From contig CM120645.1 of assembly GCA_051362555.1 (NCBI GenBank), positions 17,980,001-18,044,000 on the forward strand: a DNA stretch of 64,000 nt, given 5' to 3'. A program made the translations under genes and the position numbers. This document shows positions 1 through 15,600 of the stretch, piece by piece (the stretch's first letter is position 1; each line of letters starts with the position of its first letter). The DNA is from Lingula anatina. Lineage: Eukaryota; Animalia; Brachiopoda. Under the pieces are notes generated by a model. The model was given only the letters and a program-made list of their open reading frames with translations. It ran no database searches and was not told the origin of the DNA.

Positions 1-3000
1 TGCATGATGGTGTTGTCAGTGTATCTCTATGTGTCTCTTTATATTCTGTGTGCTGTGTCTATTCTGTATTGTTACTGAATATGTTTCTACATTATGAGAT
101 GACTGTGTACAACTTCGTTTTCACTCTTTTTTGTTGTGTTCATTCTTATTACAATGAATGTTATTGTTCTCACTGTACATGTGAATTTTTTTTCTAATCA
201 CTGTGTATGTCTGTTTTGTGACTGTTTTTGTTTCCATTTATTTTGATTACTGTGTTTGTTGGTGTTGTTACTGTTGATGTTTGTATTTATTGTGAGCAAT
301 GTGTATGTCAGTTTTGTTACTCTGTTTGTAATCATTACTATTACTCTGTATGATGGTGTTGTCACTGTATGTCTATGTGTTTGTTTATATTCTTTTTGCT
401 GTGTCTATTCTGTATTGTTACTGAATGTGTTTGTACATTATGAGATGAATGTGTACAATGTCGTTTTCAATCTTTTTCGTCGTGTTCATTCTTATTACGG
501 TAAATGTTACTGTTGTCACTGTACAATGGAAATTTTTTTCTAATTACTGTGTTTTTCTGTATTTTTACTGTGTTTGTTTTTATTTATTTTGGATACTGTG
601 CATGTTTGTGTTGTCACTGTTCGTGTTTGTATTTATTTTGAGCACTCTGTATGTCAGTTTTGTCACTCTATTTGTTTGTAATCATTACTATTACTCTGCA
701 TGATGGTGTTGTCAGTGTATCTCTGTGTCTCTTTATATTCTTTTGCTGTGTCTATTCTGTATTGTTACTGAATGTGTTTGTACATTATGAGATGAATGTG
801 TACAACGTCGTTTTCACTCTTTTTCGTTGTGTTCATTCTTATTACGGTAAATGTTACTGTTGTCACTGTACAAGTGAAATTTGTTTCTAATTACTGCGTT
901 GTCTGTATTTTTACTGTGTTTCTTTGTATTTATTTTGATTACTGTGTTGGTTGGTGTTGTTACTGTTGATGTTTGTATTTATTGTGAACACTGTGTATAT
1001 CAGTTTTGTCACTCTATTTGTTTGTAATCATTACTATTACTGTGCATGATGGTGTTGTCAATATATGTCTTTGTGTCTGTTTATATGCTGTTTGCTGTTT
1101 TTATTCTGCATTGTTATTGAATGTGTTTGTTCATATCGAGATGACTGTTTAAGCCTTCGTTTTCACTCTTTTAACTTGTGTTCTTGTCATTAAGGTGAAT
1201 GTTACTGTTGTCCCTGTACGTTTCAAATTTATTTACTCTTTTTCCTTGTGTTCATTCTCATTATGGTAAATGTCATTGTTGTCACTGTACATGTGAAATT
1301 TTTTTCTAATCACTGTGTTTCAGTTTTGTGACTGTGTTTGTTTGTATTTATTTTGATTACTGTGTATTTTGGTGTTGTTACTGTTGATGTTTGTATTTAT
1401 TGTGGGCACTGTGTATGTCAGTTTTTTTACTCTATTTGTTTGTAATCATTACCATTACTCTGCATGATGGTGTTATCTATATATGTCTATGTGTCTGTTT
1501 ATGTGCTGTTTGCTATTTCTATTCTGTATTGTTACTGAATGTGTTTGTTCATATCGAGATGACTGTTTACGACTTCGTTTTCACTCTTTTTCGTTGTGTT
1601 CATTCTTATTATCGTAAATGTTACTGTTGTCACTGTACAAGTGAAATTTGTTTCTAATTACTGTTTGTCTGTATTTTCACTGTTTTTGTTTTTATTTATT
1701 TTGGTTACTGTGCATGTTTGTGTTGTCACTGTTCATGTTTGTATACATTGTGACCACTGTGTATGTAAGTTTTGTCACTCTATTTGTTTGTAATCATTAC
1801 TATTACTCTGCATGATGGTGTTGTCAGTGTATCTCTATGTGTCTCTTTATATTCTGTGTGCTGTGTCTATTCTGTATTGTTACTGAATATGTTTCTACAT
1901 TATGAGATGACTGTGTACAACTTCGTTTTCACTCTTTTTCGTAGTGTTCATTCTCATTACAATGAATGTTATTGTTCTCACTGTACATGTGAATTTTTTT
2001 TCTAATCACTGTGTATGTCTGTTTTGTGACTGTTTTTGTTTCCATTTATTTTGATTACTGTGTTTGTTGGTGTTGTTACTGTTGATGTTTGTATTTATTG
2101 TGAGCAATGTGTATGTCAGTTTTGTTACTCTGTTTGTAATCATTACTATTACTCTGTATGATGGTGTTGTCACTGTATGTCTATGTGTTTGTTTATATTC
2201 TTTTTGCTGTGTCTATTCTGTATTGTTACTGAATGTGTTTGTACATTATGAGATGAATGTGTACAATGTCGTTTTCAATCTTTTTCGTCGTGTTCATTCT
2301 TATTACGGTAAATGTTACTGTTGTCACTGTACAATGGAAATTTTTTTCTAATTACTGTCTTTGTCTGTATTTTTACTGTGTTTGTTTTTATTTATTTTGG
2401 ATACTGTGCATGTTTGTGTTGTCACTGTTCGTGTTTGTATTTATTTTGAGCACTCTGTATGTCAGTTTTGTCACTCTATTTGTTTGTAATCATTACTATT
2501 ACTCTGCATGATGGTGTTGTCAGTGTATCTCTGTGTCTCTTTATATTCTTTTGCTGTGTCTATTCTGTATTGTTACTGAACGTGTTTGTACATTATGAGA
2601 TGAATGTGTACAACGTCGTTTTCACTCTTTTTCGTTGTGTTCATTCTTATTACGGTAAATGTTACTGTTGTCACTGTACAAGTGAAATTTGTTTCTAATT
2701 ACTGCGTTGTCTGTATTTTTACTGTGTTTCTTTGTATTTATTTTGATTACTGTGTTGGTTGGTGTTGTTACTGTTGATGTTTGTATTTATTGTGAACACT
2801 GTGTATATCAGTTTTGTCACTCTATTTGTTTGTAATCATTACTATTACTGTGCATGATGGTGTTGTCAATATATGTCTTTGTGTCTGTTTATATGCTGTT
2901 TGCTGTTTCTATTCTGCATTGTTATTGAATGTGTTTGTTCATATCGAGATGACTGTTTAAGCCTTCGTTTTCACTCTTTTAACTTGTGTTCTTGTCATTA

Positions 3001-6000
3001 AGGTGAATGTTACTGTTGTCCCTGTACGTTTCAAATTTTTTTACTCTTTTTCCTTGTGTTCATTCTCATTATGGTAAATGTCATTGTTGTCACTGTACAT
3101 GTGAAATTTTTTTCTAATCACTGTGTTTCAGTTTTGTGACTGTGTTTGTTTGTATTTATTTTGATTACTGTGTTTGTTGGTGTTGTTACTGTTGATGTTT
3201 GTATTTATTGTGGGCACTGTGTATGTCAGTTTTTTTACTCTATTTGTTTGTAATCATTACCATTACTCTGCATGATGGTGTTGTCAATATATGTCTATGT
3301 GTCTGTTTATGTGCTGTTTGCTATTTCTATTCTGTATTGTTACTGAATGTGTTTGTTCATATCGAGATGACTGTTTACGACTTCGTTTTCACTCTTTTTC
3401 GTTGTGTTCATTCTTATTATCGTAAATGTTACTGTTGTCACTGTACAAGTGAAATTTGTTTCTAATTACTGTTTGTCTTTATTTTCACTGTTTTTATTTT
3501 TATTTATTTTGGTTACTGTGCATGTTTGTGTTGTCACTGTTCATGTTTGTATATATTGTGACCACTGTGTATGTAAGTTTTCTCACTCTATTTGTTTGTA
3601 ATCATTACTATTGCTCTGCATGATGGTGTTGTCAGTGTATCTCTATGTGTCTCTTTATATTCTGTGTGCTGTGTCTATTCTGTATTGTTACTGAATATGT
3701 TTCTACATTATGAGATGACTGTGTACAACTTCGTTTTCACTCTTTTTCGTTGTGTTCATTCTTATTATGGTGAATGTTACTGTTCTCACTGTACATGTGA
3801 ATTTTTTTTCTAATCACTGTGTATGTCTGCTTTGTGACTGTTTTTGTTTCCATTTATTTTGATTACTGTGTTTGTTGGTGTTGTTACTGTTGATGTTTGT
3901 ATTTATTGTGAGCAATGTGTATGTCAGTTTTGTTACTCTGTTTGTAATCATTACTATTACTCTGTATGATGGTGTTGTCACTGTATGTCTATGTGTTTGT
4001 TTATATTCTTTTTGCTGTGTCTATTCTGTATTGTTACTGAATGTGTTTGTACATTATGAGATGAATGTGTACAATGTCGTTTTCAATCTTTTTCGTCGTG
4101 TTCATTCTTATTACGGTAAATGTTACTGTTGTCACTGTACAATGGAAATTTTTTTCTAATTACTGCGTTGTCTGTATTTTTACTGTGTTTCTTTGTATTT
4201 ATTTTGATTACTGTGTTGGTTGGTGTTGTTACTGTTGATGTTTGTATTTATTGTGAGCACTGTGTATGTCAGTTTTTTTACTCTATTTGTATGTATTGAT
4301 TACCATTACTCTGCATGATGGTGTTGTCAATATATATCTATGTGTCTGTTTATATGCTGTTTGCTGTATCTATTGTGTATTGTTACTGAATGTGTTTATT
4401 CATATTGAGATGACTGTTTACGATTTCGGTTTCACTCTTTTACCTTGTGTTCTTGTCATTATGGTGAATGTCATTGTTGTCACTGTACATGTTAAATTTT
4501 TTTCTAATCACTGTTTCTGTTTTATGACTGTGTTTGTTTGTATTTATTTTGATTACTGTGTTTGTTGGTGTTATTACTGTTGATGTTTGTATTTATTGTG
4601 AACACTGTGTATATCAGTTTTGTCACTCTATTTGTTTGTAATCATTACTATTACTGTGCATGATGGTGTTGTCAATATATGTCTTTGTGTCTGTTTATAT
4701 GCTGTTTGCTGTTTCTATTCTGCATTGTTATTGAATGTGTTTGTTCATATCGAGATGACTGTTTAAGCCTTCGTTTTCACTCTTTTAACTTGTGTTCTTG
4801 TCATTAAGGTGAATGTTACTGTTGTCCCTGTACGTTTCAAATTTATTTACTCTTTTTCCTTGTGTTCATTCTCATTATGGTAAATGTCATTGTTGTCACT
4901 GTACATGTGAAATTTTTTTCTAATCACTGTGTTTCAGTTTTGTGACTGTGTTTGTTTGTATTTATTTTGATTACTGTGTTTGTTGGTGTTGTTACTGTTG
5001 ATGTTTGTATTTATTGTGGGCACTGTGTATGTCAGTTTTTTTACTCTATTTGTTTGTAATCATTACCATTACTCTGCATGATGGTGTTGTCAATATATGT
5101 CTATGTGTCTGTTTATGTGCTGTTTGCTATTTCTATTCTGTATTGTTACTGAATGTGTTTGTTCATATCGAGATGACTGTTTACGACTTCGTTTTCACTC
5201 TTTTTCGTTGTGTTCATTCTTATTATCGTAAATGTTACTGTTGTCACTGTACAAGTGAAATTTGTTTCTAATTACTGTTTGTCTGTATTTTCACTGTTTT
5301 TGTTTTTATTTATTTTGGTTACTGTGCATGTTTGTGTTGTCACTGTTCATGTTTGTATATATTGTGACCACTGTGTATGTAAGTTTTCTCACTCTATTTG
5401 TTTGTAATCATTACTATTACTCTGCATGATGGTGTTGTCAGTGTATCTCTATGTGTCTCTTTATATTCTGTGTGCTGTGTTTATTCTGTATTGTTACTGA
5501 ATATGTTTCTACATTATGAGATGACTGTGTACAACTTCGTTTTCACTCTTTTTCGTTGTGTTCATTCTTATTATGGTGAATGTTACTGTTCTCACTGTAC
5601 ATGTGAATTTTTTTTTCTAATCACTGTGTATGTCTGTTTTGTAACTTTTTATTTGCATTTATTTTGATTACTGTGTTTGTTGGTGTTGTTACTGTTGATG
5701 TTTGTATTTATTATGAGCACTGTGTATGTCAGTTTTGTTACTCTGTTTGTAATCATTACTATTACTCTGCATGATGGTGTTGTCACTGTATGTCTATGTG
5801 TCTGTTTATATTCTTTTTGCTGTGTCTATTCTGTATTGTTACTGAATGTGTTTGTACATTATGAGATGAATGTGTACAATGTCGTTTTCACTCTTTTTCA
5901 TCGTGTTCATTCTTATTACGGTAAATGTTACTGTTGTCACTGTACAAGTGAAATTTGTTTCTAATTACTGCGTTGTCTGTATTTTTACTGTGTTTCTTTG

Positions 6001-9000
6001 TATTTATTTTGATTACTGTGTTGGTTGGTGTTGTTACTGTTGATGTTTGTATTTATTGTGAGCACTGTGTATGTCAGTTTTTTTACTCTATTTGTTTGTA
6101 ATCATTACCATTACTCTGCATGATGGTGTTGTCAATATATATCTATGTGTCTGTTTATATGCTGTTTGCTGTATCTATTGTGTATTGTTACTGAATGTGT
6201 TTATTCATATTGAGATGACTGTTTACGATTTCGGTTTCACTCTTTTACCTTGTGTTCTTGTCATTATGGTGAATGTCATTGTTGTCACTGTACATGTGAA
6301 ATTTTTTTCTAATCACTGTTTCTGTTTTATGACTGTGTTTGTTTGTATTTATTTTGATTACTGTGTTTGTTGGTGTTATTACTGTTGATGTTTGTATTTA
6401 TTGTGAACACTGTGTATATCAGTTTTGTCACTCTATTTGTTTGTAATCATTACTATTACTGTGCATGATGGTGTTGTCAATATATGTCTTTGTGTCTGTT
6501 TATATGCTGTTTGCTGTTTCTATTCTGCATTGTTATTGAATGTGTTTGTTTATATCGAGATGACTGTTTAAGCCTTAGTTTTCACTCTTTTAACTTGTGT
6601 TCTTGTCATTAAGGTGAATGTTACTGTTGTCCCTGTACGTTTCAAATTTTTTTACTCTTTTTCCTTGTGTTCATTCTCATTATGTTAAATGTCATTGTTG
6701 TCACTGTACATGTGAAATTTTTTTCTAATCACTGTGTTTCAGTTTTGTGACTGTGTTTGTTTGTATTTATTTTGATTACTGTGTTTGTTGGTGTTGTTAC
6801 TGTTGATGTTTGTATTTATTGTGGGCACTGTGTATGTCAGTTTTTTTACTCTATTTGTTTGTAATCATTACCATTACTCTGCATGATGGTGTTGTCAATA
6901 TATGTCTATGTGTCTGTTTATGTGCTGTTTGCTATTTCTATTCTGTATTGTTACTGAATGTGTTTGTTCATATCGAGATGACTGTTTACGACTTCGTTTT
7001 CACTCTTTTTCGTTGTGTTCATTCTTATTATCGTAAATGTTACTGTTGTCACTGTACAAGTGAAATTTGTTTCTAATTACTGTTTGTCTGTATTTTCACT
7101 GTTTTTGTTTTTATTTATTTTGGTTACTGTGCATGTTTGTGTTGTCACTGTTCATGTTTGTATATATTGTGACCACTGTGTATGTAAGTTTTCTCACTCT
7201 ATTTGTTTGTAATCATTACTATTACTCTGCATGATGGTGTTGTCAGTGTATCTCTATGTGTCTCTTTATATTCTGTGTGCTGTGTCTATTCTGTATTGTT
7301 ACTGAATATGTTTCTACATTATGAGATGACTGTGTACAACTTCGTTTTCACTCTTTTTCGTTGTGTTCATTCTTATTACAATGAATGTAATTGTTCTCAC
7401 TGTACATGTGAATTTTTTTTCTAATCACTGTGTATGTCTGTTTTGTGACTGTTTTTGTTTGCATTTATTTTGATTACTGTGTTTGTTGGTGTTGTTACTG
7501 TTGATGTTTGTATTTATTATGAGCACTGTGTATGTCAGTTTTGTTACTCTGTAATCATTACTATTACTCTGCATGATGGTGTTGTCACTGTATGTCTATG
7601 TGTCTGTTTATATTCTTTTTGCTGTGTCTATTCTGTATTGTTACTGAATGTGTTTGTACATTATGAGATGAATGTGTACAATGTCGTTTTCACTCATTTT
7701 CATCGTGTTCATTCTTATTACGGTAAATGTTACTGTTGTCACTGTACAAGTGAAATTTGTTTCTAATTACTGCGTTGTCTGTATTTTTACTGTGTTTCTT
7801 TGTATTTATTTTGATTACTGTGTTGGTTGGTGTTGTTACTGTTGATGTTTGTATTTATTGTGAGCACTGTGTATGTCAGTTTTTTTACTCTATTTGTTTG
7901 TAATCATTACCATTACTCTGCATGATGGTGTTGTCAATATATATCTATGTGTCTGTTTATATCCTGTTTGCTGTATCTATTGTGTATTGTTACTGAATGT
8001 GTTTATTCATATTGAGATGACTGTTTACGATTTCGGTTTCACTCTTTTACCTTGTGTTCTTGTCATTATGGTGAATGTCATTGTTGTCACTGTACATGTG
8101 AAATTTTTTTCTAATCACTGTTTCTGTTTTATGACTGTGTTTGTTTGTATTTATTTTGATTACTGTGTTTGTTGGTGTTATTACTGTTGATGTTTGTATT
8201 TATTGTGAACACTGTGTATATCAGTTTTGTCACTCTATTTGTTTGTAATCATTACTATTACTGTGCATGATGGTGTTGTCAATATATGTCTTTGTGTCTG
8301 TTTATATGCTGTTTGCTGTTTCTATTCTGCATTGTTATTGAATGTGTTTGTTCATATCAAGATGACTGTTTAAGCCTTCATTTTCACTCTTTTAACTTGT
8401 GTTCTTGTCATTAAGGTGAATGTTACTGTTGTCCTTGTACGTTTCAAATTTTTTTACTCTTTTTCCTTGTGTTCATTCTCATTATGGTAAATGTCATTGT
8501 TGTCACTGTACATGTGAATTTTTTTTCTAATCACTGTATATGTCTGTTTTTTGACTGTTTTTGTTTTTATTTATTTTGGTTACTGTGCATGTTTGTGTTG
8601 TCACTGTTCGTGTTTGTATTTATTGTGAGCACTCTGTATGTCAGTTGTTTTACTCTATTTGTTTGTAATCATTACCATTACTCTGCATAATGGATCTGTC
8701 AATATATGTCTTTGTGTCTGTTTATATGCTGTTTGCTGTTTCTATTCTGTATTGTTACTGAATGTGTTTGTTCATATCGAGATGACTGTTTACGAATTCA
8801 TTTTCACTCTTTTACCTTGTGTTCTTGTCATTATGGTGAATGTCATTGTTGTCACTGTACATGTGAAATTTTTTTCTAATCACTGTGTATGTCTGTTTTG
8901 TGACTTTTTGTTTGCATTTATTTTGATTACTGTGTTTGTTGGTGTTGTTACTGTTGATGTTTGCATTTATTATGAGCACTGTGTATGTCAGTTTTGTTAC

Positions 9001-10056
9001 TCTATTTGTTTGTAATCATTACTATTACTCTGCATGATGGTGTTGTCACTGTATGTCTATGTGTCTGTTTATATTCTCTTTGCTGTGTCTATTCTGTATT
9101 GTTACTGAATGTGTTTGTACATTATGAGATGAATGTGTACAACATCGTTTTCACTCTTTTTTGTTGTGTTCATTCTTATTACGTTAAATGTTACTGTTGT
9201 CACTGTACAAGTGAAATTTGTTTCTAATTACTGTGTTTGTCTGTATTTTTACTGTGTTTCTTTGTATTTATTTTGATTACTGTGTTGGTTGGTGTTGTTA
9301 CTGTTGATGTTTGTATTTATTGTGAGCACTGTGTATGTCAGTTTTTTTACTCTATTTGTTTGTAATCATTACCATTACTCTGCATGATGGTGTTGTCAAT
9401 TTATGTCTATGTGTCTGTTTATATGCTGTTTGCTGTTTCTATTGTGTATTGTTACTGAATGTGTTTATTCATATCGAGATGACTGTTTACGATTTCGTTT
9501 TCACTCTTTTACCTTGTGTTCTTGTCATTATGGTGAATGTCATTGTTGTCACTGTACATGTGAAATTTTTTTCTAATCACTGTGTTTCTGTTTTGTGAAT
9601 GTGTTTGTTTGTATTTATTTTGATTACTGTGTTTGTTGCTGTTGTTACTGTTGATGTTTGTATTTATTGTGAACACTGTGTATGTCAGTTTTGTCACTCT
9701 ATTTGTTTGTAATCATTACTAATACTTTGCATGATGGTGTTGTCACTATGTTTATGTGTCTGTTTATATGCTGTTTGCTGTTTCTATTCTGTATTGTTAC
9801 TGAATGTGTTTGTACATTATGAGATGACTGTGTACAACTTTGTTTTCACTCTTTTTTGTCATGTTCATTCTTAGTACGGTAAATGTTACTGTTGTCACTG
9901 TACATTTGATATTTTTTTCTAATCACTGTGTATGTCTGTGTCTTGACTGTGCTTGTTTTTATTCATTTTGATTACTATGCATGTTTGCGTTGTCACTGTT
10001 CGTGTTTGTATTTATTGTGAGCACTGTGTATGTCAGTTTTGTCACTCTATTTGTTT

Positions 10057-10163
10057 ACGTAATTTTAACTAATTAACATTATTTAATGCTATATAATATC
10101 TAACACTTTAATAGAGGGACCTTTCAATTAAAGCAGCCGCTACCGGCCAAATTTCGAACACTA
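10057..10163 (-). repeat. ~107-bp non-satellite insert, copy 1 (possible truncated hAT-like MITE end)
   Basis: ACGTAATTTTAACTAATT...GCAGCCGCTACCGGCCAAATTTCGAACACTA is unrelated to the monomer. The minus strand begins TAGTGTTCGAAATT, matching the hAT-type YAGNG terminus (inference). Confidence 0.8.
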
Positions 10164-13100
10164 TTTATCTGTGTTTGTCATTTATCTGTTTTTTTATCTG
10201 TGTTTTTATTCATTTTGATTACTGTGCATGTTTGTGTTGTCACTGTTCGTGTTTGTATTTATTGTGAGCACTGTGTATGTCAGTTTTGTCACTCTATTTG
10301 TTTGTAGTCATTTTGATCATTGTGCATTTTAGCATTGGCACTGTTTGTGTTTATTGTCAGCAATGTGGATGTCAGTTTTGTCTGTTTATTTATTTTTAGT
10401 CTTTATTTTAACTGTGCATGTTGGTGTTGTCAATATCATTATAGTTTATGTGTCTGTTTATACTCTGATCACTGTTTCCATTCTGTATTGTCATTGAATG
10501 TGTTTGTATATATATTGTGATCACTGTGTATGACTGTGTAATCACCCGATTAATTTGTGTTTATTCTTGTTACTATGCATGGTTGTGTGGTCACTGTACA
10601 TGTTAAAATTTATTCTGCTCACTGTGTATGTCTGTATTGTGACTGTGTTTGTTTGTATTCATTTTGATTATTGTGCATGTTATTATTGTCACTGTACATG
10701 TTTTCTGTGTTTGTAAGTTTTGTCACTCTATTTGTTTGTAATCATTACTATTACTCTGCATGATGGTGTTGTCAGTGTATCTCTATGTGTCTCTTTATAT
10801 TCTGTGTGCTGTGTCTATTCTGTATTGTTACTGAATATGTTTCTACATTATGAGATGACTGTGTACAACTTCATTTTCACTCTTTTTCGTTGTGTTCATT
10901 CTTATTATGGTGAATGTTACTGTTCTCACTGTACATGTGAATTTTTTTTTCTAATCACTGTGTATGTCTGTTTTGTAACTTTTTATTTGCATTTATTTTG
11001 ATTACTGTGTTTGTTGGTGTTGTTACTGTTGATTTTTGTATTTATTGTGAGCACTGTGTATGTCAGTTTTGTTACTCTGTTTGTAATCATTACTATTACT
11101 CTGTATGATGGTGTTGTCACTGTATGTCTATGTGTCTGTTTATATTCTTTTTGCTGTGTCTATTCTGTATTGTTACTGAATGTGTTTGTACATTATGAGA
11201 TGAATGTGTACAATGTCGTTTTCACTCTTTTTCATCGTGTTCATTTTTATTACGGTAAATGTTACTGTTGTCACTGTACATTTGATATATTTTTCTAATC
11301 ACTGTGTAGTATTGTTCTTTTCTTATTACTGTGTTTGTCTGTATTTTTACTGTGTTTGTTTTTATTTATTTTGGATACTGCATGTTTGTGTTGTCACTGT
11401 TCAGGTTTGTATTTATTGTGAGCACTGTGTATGTCAGTTTTGTCACTCTATTTGTTTGTAATCATTACCATTACTCTGCATGATGGTGTTGTCAATATAT
11501 ATGTATGTGTCTGTTTATATGCTGTTTGCTGTTTCTATTGTGTATTGTTACTGAATGTGTTTATTCATATTGAGATGACTGTTTACGATTTCGTTTTCAC
11601 TCTTTTAACTTGTGTTCTTGTGATTAAGGTGAATGTTACTGTTGTCCCTGTACGTTTCAAATTTTTTTACTCTTTTTCCTTGTGTTCATTCTCATTATGG
11701 TAAATGTCATTGTTGTCACTGTACATGTGAAATTTTTTTCTAATCACTGTGTTTCTGTTTTGTGACTGTGTTTGTTTGTATTTATTTTGATTACTGTGTT
11801 TGTTGGTGTTGTTACTGTTGATGTTTGTATTTATTGTGGGCACTGTGTATGTCAGTTTTGTCACTCTATTTGTTTGTAATCATTACTATTACTGTGCATG
11901 ATGGTGTTGTCAATATATGTCTTTGTGTCTGTTTATATGCTGTTTGCTGTTTCTATTCTGCATTGTTATTGAATGTGTTTGTTCATATCGAGATGACTGT
12001 TTAAGCCTTAGTTTTCACTCTTTTAACTTGTGTTCTTGTCATTAAGGTGAATGTTACTGTTGTCCCTGTACGTTTCAAATTTTTTTACTCATTTTCCTTG
12101 TGTTCATTCTCATTATGTTAAATGTCATTGTTGTCACTGTACATGTGAAATTTTTTTCTAATCACTGTGTTTCAGTTTTGTGACTGTGTTTGTTTGTATT
12201 TATTTTGATTACTGTGTTTGTTCGTGTTGTTACTGTTGATGTTTGTATTTATTGTGGGCACTGTGTATGTCAGTTTTTTTACTCTATTTGTTTGTAATCA
12301 TTACCATTACTCTGCATGATGGTGTTGTCAATATATGTCTATGTGTCTGTTTATGTGCTGTTTGCTATTTCTATTCTGTATTGTTACTGAATGTGTTTGT
12401 TCATATCTAGATGACTGTTTACGACTTCGTTTTCACTCTTTTTCGTTGTGTTCATTCTTATTATCGTAAATGTTACTGTTGTCACTGTACAAGTGAAATT
12501 TGTTTCTAATTACTGTTTGTCTGTATTTTCACTGTTTTTGTTTTTATTTATTTTGGTTACTGTGCATGTTTGTGTTGTCACTGTTCATGTTTGTATATAT
12601 TGTGACCACTGTGTATGTAAGTTTTCTCACTCTATTTGTTTGTAATCATTACTATTACTCTGCATGATGGTGTTGTCAGTGTATCTCTATGTGTCTCTTT
12701 ATATTCTGTGTGCTGTGTCTATTCTGTATTGTTACTGAATATGTTTCTACATTATGAGATGACTGTGTACAACTTCGTTTTCACTCTTTTTCGTTGTGTT
12801 CATTCTTATTACAATGAATGTTATTGTTCTCACTGTACATGTGAATTTTTTTTTCTAATCACTGTGTATGTCTGTTTTGTGACTGTTTTTGTTTGCATTT
12901 ATTTTGATTACTGTGTTTGTTGGTGTTGTTACTGTTGATGTTTGTATTTATTATGAGCACTGTGTATGTCAGTTTTGTTACTCTGTTTGTAATCATTACT
13001 ATTACTCTGCATGATGGTGTTGTCACTGTATGTCTATGTGTCTGTTTATATTCTTTTTGCTGTGTCTATTCTGTATTGTTACTGAATGTGTTTGTACATT

Positions 13101-15494
13101 ATGAGATGAATGTGTACAATGTCGTTTTCACTCTTTTTCATCGTGTTCATTCTTATTACGGTAAATGTTACTGTTGTCACTGTACAAGTGAAATTTGTTT
13201 CTAATTACTGCGTTGTCTGTATTTTTACTGTGTTTCTTTGTATTTATTTTGATTACTGTGTTGGTTGGTGTTGTTACTGTTGATGTTTGTATTTATTGTG
13301 AGCACTGTGTATGTCAGTTTTTTTACTCTATTTGTTTGTAATCATTACCATTACTCTGCATGATGGTGTTGTCAATATATATCTATGTGTCTGTTTATAT
13401 GCTGTTTGCTGTATCTATTGTGTATTGTTACTGAATGTGTTTATTCATATTGAGATGACTGTTTACGATTTCGGTTTCACTCTTTTACCTTGTGTTCTTG
13501 TCATTATGGTGAATGTCATTGTTGTCACTGTACATGTGAAATTTTTTTCTAATCACTGTTTCTGTTTTATGACTGTGTTTGTTTGTATTTATTTTGATTA
13601 CTGTGTTTGTTGGTGTTATTACTGTTGATGTTTGTATTTATTGTGAACACTGTGTATATCAGTTTTGTCACTCTATTTGTTTGTAATCATTACTATTACT
13701 GTGCATGATGGTGTTGTCAATATATGTCTTTGTGTCTGTTTATATGCTGTTTGCTGTTTCTATTCTGCATTGTTATTGAATGTGTTTGTTCATATCAAGA
13801 TGACTGTTTAAGCCTTCATTTTCACTCTTTTAACTTGTGTTCTTGTCATTAAGGTGAATGTTACTGTTGTCCTTGTACGTTTCAAATTTTTTTACTCTTT
13901 TTCCTTGTGTTCATTCTCATTATGGTAAATGTCATTGTTGTCACTGTACATGTGAATTTTTTTTCTAATCACTGTATATGTCTGTTTTGTGACTGTTTTT
14001 GTTTTTATTTATTTTGGTTACTGTGCATGTTTGTGTTGTCACTGTTCGTGTTTGTATTTATTGTGAGCACTCTGTATGTCAGTTGTTTTACTCTATTTGT
14101 TTGTAATCATTACCATTACTCTGCATAATGGATCTGTCAATATATGTCTTTGTGTCTGTTTATATGCTGTTTGCTGTTTCTATTCTGTATTGTTACTGAA
14201 TGTGTTTGTTCATATCGAGATGACTGTTTACGAATTCATTTTCACTCTTTTACCTTGTGTTCTTGTCATTATGGTGAATGTCATTGTTGTCACTGTACAT
14301 GTGAAATTTTTTTCTAATCACTGTGTATGTCTGTTTTGTGACTTTTTGTTTGCATTTATTTTGATTACTGTGTTTGTTGGTGTTGTTACTGTTGATGTTT
14401 GCATTTATTATGAGCACTGTGTATGTCAGTTTTGTTACTCTATTTGTTTGTAATCATTACTATTACTCTGCATGATGGTGTTGTCACTGTATGTCTATGT
14501 GTCTGTTTATATTCTTTTTGCTGTGTCTATTCTGTATTGTTACTGAATGTGTTTGTACATTATGAGATGAATGTGTACAACGTCGTTTTCACTCTTTTTT
14601 GTTGTGTTCATTCTTATTACGTTAAATGTTACTGTTGTCACTGTACAAGTGAAATTTGTTTCTAATTACTGTGTTTGTCTGTATTTTTACTGTGTTTCTT
14701 TGTATTTATTTTGATTACTGTGTTGGTTGGTGTTGTTACTGTTGATGTTTGTATTTATTGTGAGCACTATGTATGTCAGTTTTTTTACTCTATTTGTTTG
14801 TAATCATTACCATTACTCTGCATGATGGTGTTGTCAATTTATGTCTATGTGTCTGTTTATATGCTGTTTGCTGTTTCTATTGTGTATTGTTACTGAATGT
14901 GTTTATTCATATCGAGATGACTGTTTACGATTTCGTTTTCACTCTTTTACCTTGTGTTCTTGTCATTATGGTGAATGTCATTGTTGTCACTGTACATGTG
15001 AAATTTTTTTCTAATCACTGTGTTTCTGTTTTGTGACTGTGTTTGTTTGTATTTATTTTGATTACTGTGTTTGTTGCTGTTGTTACTGTTGATGTTTGTA
15101 TTTATTGTGAACACTGTGTATGTCAGTTTTGTCACTCTATTTGTTTGTAATCATTACTAATACTTTGCATGATGGTGTTGTCACTATGTTTATGTGTCTG
15201 TTTATATGCTGTTTGCTGCTTCTATTCTGTATTGTTACTGAATGTGTTTGTACATTATGAGATGACTGTGTACAACTTTGTTTTCACTCTTTTTTGTCAT
15301 GTTCATTCTTAGTACGGTAAATGTTACTGTTGTCACTGTACATTTGATATTTTTTTCTAATCACTGTGTATGTCTGTGTCTTGACTGTGCTTGTTTTTAT
15401 TCATTTTGATTACTATGCATGTTTGTGTTGTCACTGTTCGTGTTTGTATTTATTGTGAGCACTGTGTATGTCAGTTTTGTCACTCTATTTGTTA

Positions 15495-15600
15495 ACGTAA
15501 TTTTAACTAATTAACATTATTTAATGCTATATAATATCTAACACTTTAATAGAGGGACCTTTCAATAAAGCAGCCGCTACCGGCCAAATTTCGAACACTA
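15495..15600 (-). repeat. Non-satellite insert, copy 2
   Basis: Same sequence, 5438 bp from copy 1, sharing its short internal deletion. Confidence 0.8.

Noticed and set aside
10135-10165. Helitron 3' end (hairpin plus CTRR) in the insert
   Set aside because: The stem is only 4 bp and the end is CTAT, so support is weak.
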